A stretch of DNA of 64,000 nucleotides from Sedimentisphaerales bacterium. GTDB taxonomy: Bacteria > Planctomycetota > Phycisphaerae > Sedimentisphaerales > SM23-30. The stretch is taken from the NCBI GenBank assembly GCA_963666285.1, contig OY762711.1, one strand, 5' to 3'. This document shows, piece after piece, positions 9,836-19,748 of this stretch. The notes under the pieces are model-generated. The model made no database searches, had not been told where the DNA came from, and saw only the letters and a program-made list of their open reading frames with translations. Each line of letters opens with the position of its first letter. The first letter of the stretch is position 1. A program made the position numbers and the translations under genes.

Positions 9836-9871
9836 TTGTAACTCTTTTTAAGCTAGATTTAACGCCCCATA

Positions 9872-9904
9872 TAAGGCACAGCTAATAATGTAAGGCTAGT
9901 CTAA
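9872..9904. promoter_or_regulatory. Tandem DtxR-type operator candidates upstream of dtxR
   Basis: TAATGTAAGGCTAGTCTAA (9886-9904) matches TWAGGTWAGSCTWACCTWA at 16/19. Related cores are TAAGgcacagCTAA (9872-9885) and TTAGgactatCCAA (9337-9350, abutting the hemP start). Confidence 0.6.
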
Positions 9905-10115
9905 CTTTTTTTCAAGAGAAAAAAACAAAATTTCATAAAAACTCTATTATTTTATCTATACAGAACTAAATCTTTCTCTCCCCCCCCCCCCCATTTCTGA
10001 CGCTCAAATAGCGCACTTCTGATCTGACTTTTTTATAGGGTGTTAATATGGGTAGAGTCACACTACTTTGTATAGTTCTTGTCTAATTGTTAAGACAGGA
10101 GGAGTCCAGTGCCTA

Positions 10116-10336
10116 TAAGTTGTTTAATCCACTACGGTTATGGGAGGTAAAATCGCCATTTTCAACCATACTAGCATGAGGTCACTGTTATAAATCATGC
10201 ATGAGCCCATTTGATACAAAGCTCTGTAATTATAATAGTTACAGAGTTTTTTCTTTTTTAATACCCCCCTGTTTTTTATTGGTTTATGTGTCTCTGTGCG
10301 TATATAGCGTATTTTTGATCTGACTTTTGAGTGGGG
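10116..10336 (+). mobile_element. att-like island junction A (degenerate tRNA 3' half flanked by 25-bp sites; direct repeat of junction B)
   Basis: 10200-10336 is about 135 bp and nearly identical to 31922-32057. It is preceded by GAGGTCACTGTTATAAATCATGCATGAGCCCA. Confidence 0.7.
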
Positions 10337-10580
10337 AATAAATGACGAGTTTCTGTTCTTAATATTTGTCGCGGACTAATATTTGCAACTCCATCTTAAA
10401 ATGTTAATATTTTTGTCTAGACAATGGGGAGGGGTACATATTATAGCTTCTATTTAACACGCATATTAGGCTTATAAATGCGCCAAAAAAGTGGATAAAA
10501 TCATATAATATCTTGACATACCACTTAAGTTTGACGATATTTATAATAATATGTAAATTATATTGATTCAGGGAAATACA

Positions 10581-11888
10581 ATGACAACAGAAATAGCTAT
10601 AATGAACAAATCTGCTGTAGCATTAGCAGCGGATAGTGCCGTAACAATTAGCACACGATCACCTCACCGTAATGGACAAAAGATACTAAATAGTGCTAAT
10701 AAATTATTTTCTCTATCAAAATACGCCCCAATAGGATTAATGATATATGGAAATGCTAGCATGCTTGGTATTCCATGGGAAACTATTGTAAAAATGTACC
10801 GTAAAAAATTGGGGCAAAAACAGTTTAATTATTGCATTGATTACTGCAACGATTTTTTTAGTTTTCTTGACAAGTTTGACGTTTCTGAAGAACTTCAAGA
10901 GCAATATGTTGCCATGGGAGCCTTTGGTTTATTCCAACAAATAAAAGATGAACTAGACAAGTGGGCAGAAACTCAAATATCACAAAACAAACATGTTACT
11001 CCAAATATTGTTAAAGCCAAACTTAAGGATCTGATATCTGAAAAATACAAAGAGTTTCTTGAATATGGAAAACAATCAGTTTTTTCTAGCTCGAAGAGAT
11101 CTGGACTTAGGAAGAAATATAATGCTATAATAAAAGAGATAGCCAAAAAGGTGTTTGAAAAACACCCTCTTACAGAATTGCAACATTCAAACCTTTTGAC
11201 GATTGCGATTAATGCTGCATCTATTGGACCAATGGATCAATCAGGAGTTGTGATAGCTGGATTTGGTACAAAAGAATTATTTCCTAGTTGTTACAGTTTT
11301 GATGTTGCTGCAGTATTTGCTGGCAAAACTGTCAAAAGAGATGGAAGAAAGCAAAATATAACAAATGACAACAGCGCTGTCATCATACCTTTTGCACAAT
11401 CAGACGATGTCAAAACATTCATGGAAGGAATAGGACCAATGCTTGAGTTATTCCTAAAAAATGTTTTTTATAAAATTATGACCCAAACATTACCTGACCG
11501 ACTTCGTAATGATATTGGCGACAAGCTTGAACTAAATGAAAAAGAGAAAAATGAATTCCGAAAAATCACAAGCCAAATGTGCAAAGGAGCTTGTGACGAA
11601 GCTTTTATGGAATTAAGAAAGCAACAACAAAGATACTATATAGACCCTGTTGTACAAGCAACTGGTTTTTTAAATGTATCTGAATTGGTTGCGATGGCAG
11701 AAACCCTCGTAAACCTTGTCTCTTTTAGAAAACAAGTATCGATGGAATCAGAAACCGTAGGTGGCCCTATTGATGTAGCAACTATAACAAAAGGAGACGG
11801 CCTTGTATGGATTAAAAGGAAACATTATTTTCCACCAGAATTAAATCACCACTTTTTTGGAAGATATTTTGAAGAGGTAAAATTATGA
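10581..11888 (+). CDS. Proteasome-beta/HslV-like Ntn-hydrolase-fold protein with a large internal insertion
   Basis: After Met removal: T1...AAD17S...NKLF. C-terminal ETVGGPIDVATITKGDG. Start placed at the ATG at 10581. Confidence 0.7.
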   Translation: MTTEIAIMNKSAVALAADSAVTISTRSPHRNGQKILNSANKLFSLSKYAPIGLMIYGNASMLGIPWETIVKMYRKKLGQKQFNYCIDYCNDFFSFLDKFDVSEELQEQYVAMGAFGLFQQIKDELDKWAETQISQNKHVTPNIVKAKLKDLISEKYKEFLEYGKQSVFSSSKRSGLRKKYNAIIKEIAKKVFEKHPLTELQHSNLLTIAINAASIGPMDQSGVVIAGFGTKELFPSCYSFDVAAVFAGKTVKRDGRKQNITNDNSAVIIPFAQSDDVKTFMEGIGPMLELFLKNVFYKIMTQTLPDRLRNDIGDKLELNEKEKNEFRKITSQMCKGACDEAFMELRKQQQRYYIDPVVQATGFLNVSELVAMAETLVNLVSFRKQVSMESETVGGPIDVATITKGDGLVWIKRKHYFPPELNHHFFGRYFEEVKL

Positions 11889-12064
11889 AGAAAAAAAAGC
11901 AAATAACATTTAAAACTATGGAAGAATTTAACACTTATTACGCTTCTCAAGAACCTAAGGAAAAACAACCTAAAAACAATACTTACTACCAAATTGGTAA
12001 AAACATAGCAAAGATGGCTTGCGAGCAAGCTATAAAAGATATTTCAACTAGTCATCAATATTAA
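11885..12064 (+). CDS. Small (59 aa) hypothetical protein translationally coupled to the Ntn-hydrolase gene
   Basis: ATGA overlap with the upstream stop and a GAGGT RBS; MKKKKQITFKTMEEFNTYY...YQIGKNIAKMACEQAIKDISTSHQY*; followed by a terminator. Confidence 0.6.
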   Translation: MKKKKQITFKTMEEFNTYYASQEPKEKQPKNNTYYQIGKNIAKMACEQAIKDISTSHQY

Positions 12065-12099
12065 CAAATATTGTTTAAAATAATGTTAATATCAACCAT

Positions 12100-12130
12100 A
12101 AAGTTACATCTCTTTGATGTAACTTTTTTT
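12100..12130 (+). terminator. Rho-independent terminator
   Basis: AAAGTTACATC-TCTTT-GATGTAACTTT followed by a T run. Confidence 0.75.
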
Positions 12131-12364
12131 ATCGTCTTTTACAATGCAACCTTAGAAACCTAATCCTGAATACCGAGACCAAGTCTTAATTATAACAATA
12201 TATTCTAAAATATTATCATTTCATCATCCTGTCGAGAGCTATGACCGCCTGTTTTTTATTCTGGTTAAGTATCCTGGATATAGAATTCCATGGTTGTCAC
12301 TATCGAGGAATGACCCATGAGTTCATTACTGCCCCCAAGATCGTGATACTTCCCTGTATGTGTT

Positions 12365-14146
12365 TTACTTATTGAAACCCTTGTGGTTCATAAATTCCCA
12401 AATGCGATCCATCCAGGTATAGCTGCCCGTACCAGGAGCGGCCGTCCTCTGAAAGCAGTGATTGCGTCCGACGAGCGTGTGGAGATCGGACTGAATTCCC
12501 ATCCGACGAAGCTGCTCCCAGCATTTCACTGAATTCATCGCCGCCCAACCATCATTATCACCGTGGATAAACAGGATCGGACACGTCGCGACATCGAACG
12601 AGAACTCAGGGACGAGCCGCGCATCGTCTTCGTTGCCGCCGTTTGCGTTCGGGGATTGCTCGCCGTCTGTGAGCGCATACGCCGGGTAAATCGCGACCGC
12701 CCACTGCACGTTACAGGAAAGCTTGTCAAGGTCGTCGATCGGCCAATAAGAACGGTGTTTCGAGCTGGTCGCACCCATAAGTGTCAGATGTCCACCGGCC
12801 GAGGAGCCCATTATGCCGATGCGGTCGGGGTCAAGCCCCTTGGCTGCTGCCTGGCTGCGGACGATTCGTACGGCTCGCTGCAGATCCTGCCACGCCGTTG
12901 TGTGCTTGGCCAGCCCACCCTGCGGACGCGGCGTGCGGTATTTCATCGTCACAACCGTCATACCCTTTTCGTTCAGGTAACGCCGCGCCGGTGCAACTTC
13001 AAATCCGTCCGGACCATTATCCATATAGCTGCCGCCCGAATAGATAATCTGGATTGCATTGGCCTTGAGTTCCTTCGGCATATGCCACTCGATATATGGC
13101 ACGCACTGATTCGTCTGCATATCCGGCATCTTGCCTTCCGGCCAGACCGCCTCCTTGTAGTATTCGCCGCGTGCATCGTTGTTCGGATAGCGAGCCATCA
13201 GATCGACTTCATTACCAAGACGCCCGTCAAAATTCATCTGACGGACAAACTCGGCGACACGGTCGAGCCAGTGGTCATAGGCGGTGCCGTCCTCGCCCTT
13301 GTCCGGGTTGCCCATGAACCCGTGGGGACGATCCGCAAAGAGATGAATCTCGGCCGGGATTTTCATCCTGCGGAGCTGGCGGTAGATCTGCGTGGAGCCG
13401 TTCGGCGAATATATGTCGATCCCGCCATGGAAGAGCGACATCGGACACGTCTTCTCGTCGAACTTGAACACGTCCGAGAGCTTTACATCGATCGCATCAC
13501 CCTCACGCGTGTTGGGGCCGGTAAGCCCGTCCGTAAGCGCGTAGGCGGTATATATCGGCACAGCCCAGTTTACGTGACACGGAAGCTGATCAAGTTCGTC
13601 GATCGGTCCATACGCCGGTGTAAGTGAACTTGTCGCCAGCAGAACCGTCAGGTGCGAACCGGCAGAGAACCCGAGCACGCCGATCTTTTCCGGGTCGAAT
13701 CCACGTTTCATCGCATCGTTGCGGACTAGCCGAACGGCGCGTTGCCCATCCTCCCACGCACTCTGGTAGATCGGCAGCCCTTGCGGACGCGGCGTACGAT
13801 AGGTAAGACTCACGCAAACGAAACCGAGTTCGGTAAACTTCTTTGCGACCCGGTCAATCCACTCCCCGTCGCAACAACACTGATAAGCGCCGCCAGAAAT
13901 AAACAACATGCATCCGCCGTTTTTCTCCGCAGGCGATTCATACCAGTCGAGATACGGCATCGTATAGTCTGCCGCCTTGAATCCTGGAGCATTCACTTCC
14001 TGGGTGGTAGCTGCTATCTGACCGGTCTGAAAATCCGGAATCTGTCCTTCCGGCCACAACGCGACCCGCTCCCCGGCAAACGCCTGAACGACAACCAGTA
14101 ACAAATAACAAAGAAACGCTGATAGATGTTTTGCTTTTATTTTCAT
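12365..14146 (-). CDS. Secreted tandem (two-domain) alpha/beta-hydrolase, BD-FAE/acetyl-esterase-like
   Basis: Signal peptide; two homologous halves with GFSAG and GSSAG nucleophile motifs, YRTPRP repeated, and HGF/HCF catalytic His. Confidence 0.88.
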   Translation of the reverse strand: MKIKAKHLSAFLCYLLLVVVQAFAGERVALWPEGQIPDFQTGQIAATTQEVNAPGFKAADYTMPYLDWYESPAEKNGGCMLFISGGAYQCCCDGEWIDRVAKKFTELGFVCVSLTYRTPRPQGLPIYQSAWEDGQRAVRLVRNDAMKRGFDPEKIGVLGFSAGSHLTVLLATSSLTPAYGPIDELDQLPCHVNWAVPIYTAYALTDGLTGPNTREGDAIDVKLSDVFKFDEKTCPMSLFHGGIDIYSPNGSTQIYRQLRRMKIPAEIHLFADRPHGFMGNPDKGEDGTAYDHWLDRVAEFVRQMNFDGRLGNEVDLMARYPNNDARGEYYKEAVWPEGKMPDMQTNQCVPYIEWHMPKELKANAIQIIYSGGSYMDNGPDGFEVAPARRYLNEKGMTVVTMKYRTPRPQGGLAKHTTAWQDLQRAVRIVRSQAAAKGLDPDRIGIMGSSAGGHLTLMGATSSKHRSYWPIDDLDKLSCNVQWAVAIYPAYALTDGEQSPNANGGNEDDARLVPEFSFDVATCPILFIHGDNDGWAAMNSVKCWEQLRRMGIQSDLHTLVGRNHCFQRTAAPGTGSYTWMDRIWEFMNHKGFNK

Positions 14147-14199
14147 GATAAAATTATATCGCCAGCAGTTAACACTTCAAGGAAAAAATCAGTTCATGG

Positions 14200-14342
14200 G
14201 GCTAACTGTGGCGACAAGAGATCACTTTGATGCTGACCAGGATGGAGATATATACGAATGGATGCCGTACGACCTGGACGGCAGCGGCAAGGTAGATATT
14301 GCTGACTTTGCGATAATGGCAGAAAACTGGCTAAAAGAGTAA
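14200..14342 (+). pseudogene. 3' remnant of a dockerin-tailed gene
   Basis: DLDGSGKVDIADFAIMAENWLKE* with no credible upstream body. Confidence 0.55.
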
Positions 14343-14680
14343 AGCGGGTTTGCATTTTAAAATGCCGTTTATAATCACAAAATATATCTGTTTAGTCAAC
14401 TGACAAATGCATACTCCCTCATCATCCTGCTCCTTTGTGAGTGGAGATTGAGTTTTTATGAGTCACAATTCCTGCCATTTTACAGTATCGCTTGAAAAGA
14501 TCTAAGGCAGAACCCATTGGCAACAATTTTCAGCATTTGGTCAGGATCGGTACCTGCTTTAACCGGCTTGCCATGCAAAGCCAGGATTATCATCCACCAT
14601 ATATTGGCAGCAAAATGTCCAGAGCAGGCCTGCCTGACATTCGCATCAGATCTAATAATAGCGGCAAACACATTATACTC

Positions 14681-15226
14681 CTATTCTGGAAATTGTATAT
14701 ACTCCACTGGCACACTTTCTGTCAGCCAGACATTATTAGTTGAAATATAGAAGGCAAAGTCATCTTTTTGCATTGTTCCAGCAAGAATTTCTAGCAGAAC
14801 CGGTTTACCGTACCTCTGTCCAACGGCAAGAGCGGTATCTTTATCATGTGACAAATGCACATGGTGACGGTTACCTTTTACTAAGCCTTTGGCACGTATC
14901 AAATCAAGATTTTTCAAAGCCGTACCATGATAAAGAATCTCAGGCGGTTCTGCCGGACTATAACCCAGGTCGACCTTAACAGAATGGCCCTGACTGGCAC
15001 GAATCATAGATTTATCATCATTAAACTCGAACCGCTTTTTATCATTACTGCCGACAATATGACATAGCCTGTCAAACCAAATAGAATAACCGTTTTTGTC
15101 TATTTTAGACAGCAGCTCATCAACCGGTACCCAACCGGCATCATCAAGAACAACACCGGCATCATCCGGCTTATGCCTGAGAATGTAACTCAGATATTTA
15201 CTTATCTGTTTATCATCTTTACTCAT
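14681..15226 (-). CDS. kptA: RNA 2'-phosphotransferase (Tpt1/KptA)
   Basis: SKYLSYILRH, KKRF, IRASQGHS, LYHGT, RHHVHLS, NNVWLT. Confidence 0.95.
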   Translation of the reverse strand: MSKDDKQISKYLSYILRHKPDDAGVVLDDAGWVPVDELLSKIDKNGYSIWFDRLCHIVGSNDKKRFEFNDDKSMIRASQGHSVKVDLGYSPAEPPEILYHGTALKNLDLIRAKGLVKGNRHHVHLSHDKDTALAVGQRYGKPVLLEILAGTMQKDDFAFYISTNNVWLTESVPVEYIQFPE

Positions 15227-15241
15227 TTTTATATCCCATTC

Positions 15242-15760
15242 TTATCCTATAATACTGTAAAGCATACAATACAGTTTGATATCAACAGCACATCCCTGCT
15301 GCTGCTTCTCTTTTAACCAGTCGAATACATCACCAACCGGTACTTCATGAATCCGGATATTCTCCGATTCGTCACCGCCGCCGGGTGATACTTTTGTCAG
15401 GCCGGTTGCCTTGAATACAGTTACAAGTTCATCGCTTAAGCCGGGAGATATTACACCTTCAAACAAGAATGTCATCTTTTGAGCTTCGTAGCCGGTTTCT
15501 TCAAGCAGTTCACGACGGGCGGCCAGTTCATATGCTTCATGCTCCTGGCCGGGAATATCGCCGGCAAGACCGGCAGGAAATTCGATAACATCCTTGCCAA
15601 CAGGAGGACGGTACTGCTGGATCAATACAAGCTTGCCATCATCAGTAACTGGAATTATCCCGACAATGCCGGAAAGATTTTTCCTGGTAACGTATTCCCA
15701 GTTGCCAAGCTTCACAAGATCCATGAAATGGCCTGAATAGACTTTTTCCGGTTTATTCAT
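15242..15760 (-). CDS. NUDIX hydrolase, ADP-ribose pyrophosphatase-like
   Basis: QYRPPV...EFPAGL...ARRELLEETGY...SPGLSDE. Confidence 0.9.
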   Translation of the reverse strand: MNKPEKVYSGHFMDLVKLGNWEYVTRKNLSGIVGIIPVTDDGKLVLIQQYRPPVGKDVIEFPAGLAGDIPGQEHEAYELAARRELLEETGYEAQKMTFLFEGVISPGLSDELVTVFKATGLTKVSPGGGDESENIRIHEVPVGDVFDWLKEKQQQGCAVDIKLYCMLYSIIG

Positions 15761-15784
15761 TTAATGATTCCTTTATATTATCAT

Positions 15785-17017
15785 TTAATTATGTAAATGC
15801 AATTGCGGGCTCTTATCATCAGCGATCCTGATCAGCTTGTCAGGATTTTGATATTGAGCCACGAGATACCGAGTCAAATCAACCTGCATGCCTTCAATTG
15901 CCTTGAGATAGTTGACCTTTTCGTTATTTGTCGCCTGCAGGTGCTTAACTTCTTCGGCATTAGCTGCCTGCAGATACCGCAACTCTAATTCATTACTATT
16001 CTGCTTAGCGGCCAGTTCACATTTCTGCTCGGCTTCCAGCTTTCTCAAGGTCTCTTCATGGGCAAGCTTTTCCAGTTTGAGCTTATGCTGCTGACTTTTC
16101 TGCTCCATTTCCTGTTTTTGAAGATCTCGCTGGGCCTCCCGCTGCAGCTTCAGGTCTGCCAGTTCCTGTGCCTGGGATTCGGTTTCGGCTTCAAGTTTCA
16201 GCCTAGTCCTGGTTTCGATAGCGTTATTATGCATTTCCTGAAGCTTGTCATTTGCCTTGTAGCCGCGATATACCACCTTGTTGATCTTATAACCGATCCG
16301 CTGGGCACGATAGTTAAGATTTTCGAAGGTTTCCAGCTTATTCAGCTGTTCAATATGCTGCTTGAACCCTTCAAAACTCAGGCCACTGACAAAATCAATT
16401 ACATCAGCTGAGACAGCATTAATGAAATCTGCAATTGGATCGTGGGTCTGGTCCAGCATCTTTTCGACTTCAACCAGTTCGAAAAAGATCATCAGCTTAA
16501 CCTCTACCAGGGCATCGTCACTGGTTCGCACCCTGCTGACATCGTAATACATCTGGTCGGGTATGGTACGCAGCCTGGAAAAGTTTAATGCTCGTGGTAT
16601 CTTGCGATACGGATCTTTGGGATCAGCTCCATGCCAGCTGAATTTATGCAGCCATTCATTTTCGCAAGGCACATATACAGCAGGCCCGCTCAACACCCGC
16701 CTTGCAACAGTTTCATCGGTTCTTTTATAAACAACCACGGCTTCATGTGAGTTGATCGCCAGAGCCTGCTTGACGTCTATTTGCTTATGGTGAACCGGAT
16801 CGTACCAGACCGCAGCCGGTCCCGCTATATTTTCACAGTGACCATCCTGATATTCAACTGCCAGATACTGCTCAGAACCGGCACTGAAATGAACCATATC
16901 CTGAATGGTACGATCATAGATAAACATCCGTCTCGGGCCGTCTACAAATTCAACTTTACCTTTTCTATCCCACACAGCAATCCGCTGTCCATCTTTAACT
17001 GTAACAAAACCAAACAT
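15785..17017 (-). CDS. Short major-vault-protein-like protein (3 MVP-type repeats, SPFH/shoulder domain, coiled coil)
   Basis: Three roughly 40-aa repeats, each containing GP; a shoulder-like PDQMYYDVSRVRTSDDALVEVKL...DPIADFINAVSADV...SFEGF; a long E/Q/K-rich helix; no TM segment. Confidence 0.7.
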   Translation of the reverse strand: MFGFVTVKDGQRIAVWDRKGKVEFVDGPRRMFIYDRTIQDMVHFSAGSEQYLAVEYQDGHCENIAGPAAVWYDPVHHKQIDVKQALAINSHEAVVVYKRTDETVARRVLSGPAVYVPCENEWLHKFSWHGADPKDPYRKIPRALNFSRLRTIPDQMYYDVSRVRTSDDALVEVKLMIFFELVEVEKMLDQTHDPIADFINAVSADVIDFVSGLSFEGFKQHIEQLNKLETFENLNYRAQRIGYKINKVVYRGYKANDKLQEMHNNAIETRTRLKLEAETESQAQELADLKLQREAQRDLQKQEMEQKSQQHKLKLEKLAHEETLRKLEAEQKCELAAKQNSNELELRYLQAANAEEVKHLQATNNEKVNYLKAIEGMQVDLTRYLVAQYQNPDKLIRIADDKSPQLHLHN

Positions 17018-17031
17018 AACTTACCTCAATT

Positions 17032-17970
17032 CTATTGTTGATAAATACGTTCATAAAGCTGATTAGCCAGCGTATCAATATAACCAATTCCTTTTGGCCC
17101 ATTTTCACACATATCAATAAGATGTTGCGGGATAGCTTGTATCCCTAAATGAGTTCCGCATATAGCACCTGCCATAGCAGCAACCGTATCAGTATCATCA
17201 CCTAAGGATATTGCACGGCCAATTACATTCCCATAACTGTCCGGCTCAATAGAAAAGCAGGCAATAGCGGTAACAACTGAACGGTGAGCTTCCAAAGAAC
17301 TTCCCAATGATGACAGCAGTGTATTTCCAAGTTCAAGATTTTCGGCAACAGACAAAAGCCAGTGATATTCTTCTTCTGAAACATAAGTTTTCAGGTCATC
17401 ATAAAATGCTTGTCTATTAAAAACAGGTTCACGGACCATATGGGCAATTGCTGCGGCAATAAGAACAGCACCTTCAATACCTAAAGGGTGAACATGAGTT
17501 GGAGCAGCTGACAAATATACTTGTTCTTTAAGTTTTTCTTTATCATTGCTAAACATAAGCCCCAGCGGAGCTACTCGCATGGCAGCTCCATTACCATAAG
17601 AACCACCAGGAAAAAGGGTATTGGTAAGAGTTTGCCAATCGCCGCCAGTAGCCATAGCGTCAAGGATCTTTCTGCAACCTGCACCATAACCTCGATTTTC
17701 TTCGTAGTTACTCACAAAGTTATTGCATAAAGTTTCGGTTACGATCTCACCATGTTCAATCAATGTCTCAGCAACACTTATCATCATTTGAGTATCATCA
17801 GTATAGAACAACTCTTCGACCGGTGGTTTGGCTACAATATCTTTACCAAGCCCGAAAGAGTCATATATTATACCAGATGAAAGCCCCTCAAAAGGAGCTC
17901 CAATGGAATCACCTACCGCAAGGCCAAGAAGACAGCCGCGAAATCTTTCAAGTTTTGTTGGAGTGTTCAT
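17032..17970 (-). CDS. ADP-ribosylglycohydrolase (DraG/ARH family)
   Basis: GLAVGDSIG, YTDDTQM, GNGAAMRVAP, DDTDTVAAMAG. Confidence 0.93.
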   Translation of the reverse strand: MNTPTKLERFRGCLLGLAVGDSIGAPFEGLSSGIIYDSFGLGKDIVAKPPVEELFYTDDTQMMISVAETLIEHGEIVTETLCNNFVSNYEENRGYGAGCRKILDAMATGGDWQTLTNTLFPGGSYGNGAAMRVAPLGLMFSNDKEKLKEQVYLSAAPTHVHPLGIEGAVLIAAAIAHMVREPVFNRQAFYDDLKTYVSEEEYHWLLSVAENLELGNTLLSSLGSSLEAHRSVVTAIACFSIEPDSYGNVIGRAISLGDDTDTVAAMAGAICGTHLGIQAIPQHLIDMCENGPKGIGYIDTLANQLYERIYQQ

Positions 17971-18020
17971 AGTTCTGTCCAATTCGCTATTTATTAATAT
18001 ACAATGACAAAATTCATAGA

Positions 18021-19112
18021 TTAAATATTTATCGCTTTTCTTAAGCTCGTAGGCAACGCTCTTAATGCTATATGTCCAAATACTATAAGTGCCATAAAAA
18101 CATTCCTGGGTATTATGGCAGGCCAGAAGTATTTTACAGGTTTACGGCCTGAGCTCTCATCAGCAAGCTTTTCCGCCGCCTGACATAACACGTTAACAGT
18201 GCGCGGATATTCTAGAATATTAGCTATCCATTCTTTTGGTATGCCATCTTCACCAACGGTTGCCCCGGCAAGAGCTCCGGTAATAGCACCAACAGTATCT
18301 GTATCACCACCAAGATTTAATACAGCGGTAAGTGTTGCTCGATAATCTCCATAATGCCTCAGCCAGGCATAGATTGCAACCGGTACAGTATGGTATATAT
18401 AGCCCGTAACTCTGTCGCGAAGCTCTAACTCTTTTGCAAATCCCGAAACAGTCATGCCGCTATCGAATGAATTCCCCATATTCTCTACAATAGTTTGCCA
18501 TTCCGGATCGTTATCAATACTCCTCAGCAATTCAAATAGTTCTTTACTATTCGGCTTTCTGCTATCATTTGAGATGGCAACTGCCGCTGTGTAACTAATT
18601 GCCAGTGCACCTGTCATGGCACGTGGGTCAGTATGGGTCAGCTCGGTAGAAGCTTTGGTATATTGATATATTATATTTCTATCATTTTTGAAATATGCCC
18701 CTATAACGGCACATCGCATTGCCGGGCCGTTACCAGCAGTATATATACCTGACTTTGACAATGGTAAAAAGAACCATAGTTTCAGGATTGCACGCAACGT
18801 GCCAAGCCCGATACCTGCCGGGATACCCAGCAGCCAGAACCGAAGCTTCCAAGCCAGTGACTTTTTGAAACTCTCAACATTATCAGCATGAGCAATAAGT
18901 GCCTGAAAGACAAATAGTGTATGTTCGGTATCATCGCTAACCATACCTTTTCCAAAGAAGAATCTATGCTTCCACTCCTGCCAGCCAAGCCTGGCAATGA
19001 TCGTGGCACTGAGATTCTCAGCAGGCAGACCAATCGCATCACCAACGGCAGTGCCGAGGATGAGTCCGCGTAGTTTATTATTTGTCATGTTATTGCCCTT
19101 AGCATTTTCCAT
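18021..19112 (-). CDS. ADP-ribosylglycohydrolase (second, divergent subfamily)
   Basis: GTAVGDAIG, SDDTEH, GNGPAMR, GGDTDTVGAITG. Start is at 19112 or 19088. Confidence 0.92.
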   Translation of the reverse strand: MENAKGNNMTNNKLRGLILGTAVGDAIGLPAENLSATIIARLGWQEWKHRFFFGKGMVSDDTEHTLFVFQALIAHADNVESFKKSLAWKLRFWLLGIPAGIGLGTLRAILKLWFFLPLSKSGIYTAGNGPAMRCAVIGAYFKNDRNIIYQYTKASTELTHTDPRAMTGALAISYTAAVAISNDSRKPNSKELFELLRSIDNDPEWQTIVENMGNSFDSGMTVSGFAKELELRDRVTGYIYHTVPVAIYAWLRHYGDYRATLTAVLNLGGDTDTVGAITGALAGATVGEDGIPKEWIANILEYPRTVNVLCQAAEKLADESSGRKPVKYFWPAIIPRNVFMALIVFGHIALRALPTSLRKAINI

Positions 19113-19117
19113 AAATA

Positions 19118-19732
19118 CTACATCCTTTGAGCCTGGCTTATAATAACTCCTGCTTCTTTCATTTCTATTACAGCCTTCTCGCAATCGCCCGGGCTTAATT
19201 CTACACCTCGGCAACCATCTAAGACAACAGTTGTCTGGTAGCCAAGAGAGACAGCATCAAGAGCAGAGAATTTTACACAATAGTCTGTTGCCAGGCCAAC
19301 AATGCAAACTTCATCTACGTCCTGAGCTTTCAGATAATCATCCAAGCCAGTTGATTTCCGGCGGGCATTGTCAAAGAAGCAGCTATAGCTGTCTATATTA
19401 GGGTCGGTACCTTTGTGAATAATTTTGTTAATCTTATCGACATCCAAACCGGCTGCAAATTCTGCTCCACCGGTTTGTTGAACGCAGTGGTCAGGCCATA
19501 GTATCTGCTGCAAGCCGTCAAGTTCTATCAGATCACCTATATTTTTACACTCATGCTGGCTGGCGAATGATTTATGCCCGACTGGATGCCAGTCCTGGCT
19601 GGCAACTACCAGATCATACTTATCCATTAAAGCATTTGCTACCGGAACAACTTTATCACCATCGGTTACTGCTAACGCACCACCGGGGATAAAATCATTT
19701 TGAATATCTATAAGTATCAATACCTTTTTCAT
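19118..19732 (-). CDS. pncA: Nicotinamidase/pyrazinamidase
   Basis: IDIQNDF, QDWHP..H, WPDHC, GLATDYCV. Confidence 0.95.
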   Translation of the reverse strand: MKKVLILIDIQNDFIPGGALAVTDGDKVVPVANALMDKYDLVVASQDWHPVGHKSFASQHECKNIGDLIELDGLQQILWPDHCVQQTGGAEFAAGLDVDKINKIIHKGTDPNIDSYSCFFDNARRKSTGLDDYLKAQDVDEVCIVGLATDYCVKFSALDAVSLGYQTTVVLDGCRGVELSPGDCEKAVIEMKEAGVIISQAQRM

Positions 19733-19748
19733 TTTCGTAACTCTCTTT

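Noticed and set aside
9980..9992. Poly-C tract as a phase-variation switch
   Set aside because: It is intergenic and corresponds to the C-run in the decayed att tail; nothing links it to a promoter spacer or ORF.
10513..10547. Canonical sigma70 promoter TTGACA...TATAAT
   Set aside because: The two perfect hexamers are 23 bp apart, and the alternative -10 at 17 bp (GATATT) is weak.
12535..14101. Long plus-strand and alternative-frame ORFs (for example 12563-13627)
   Set aside because: Shadow ORFs of the GC-rich esterase gene with no recognisable motifs.
14343..14680. Vault-RNA/Y-RNA-like ncRNA or small gene after kptA
   Set aside because: I found no recognisable structure. The 63-aa GTG ORF (14480-14671) has an RBS but no other support.
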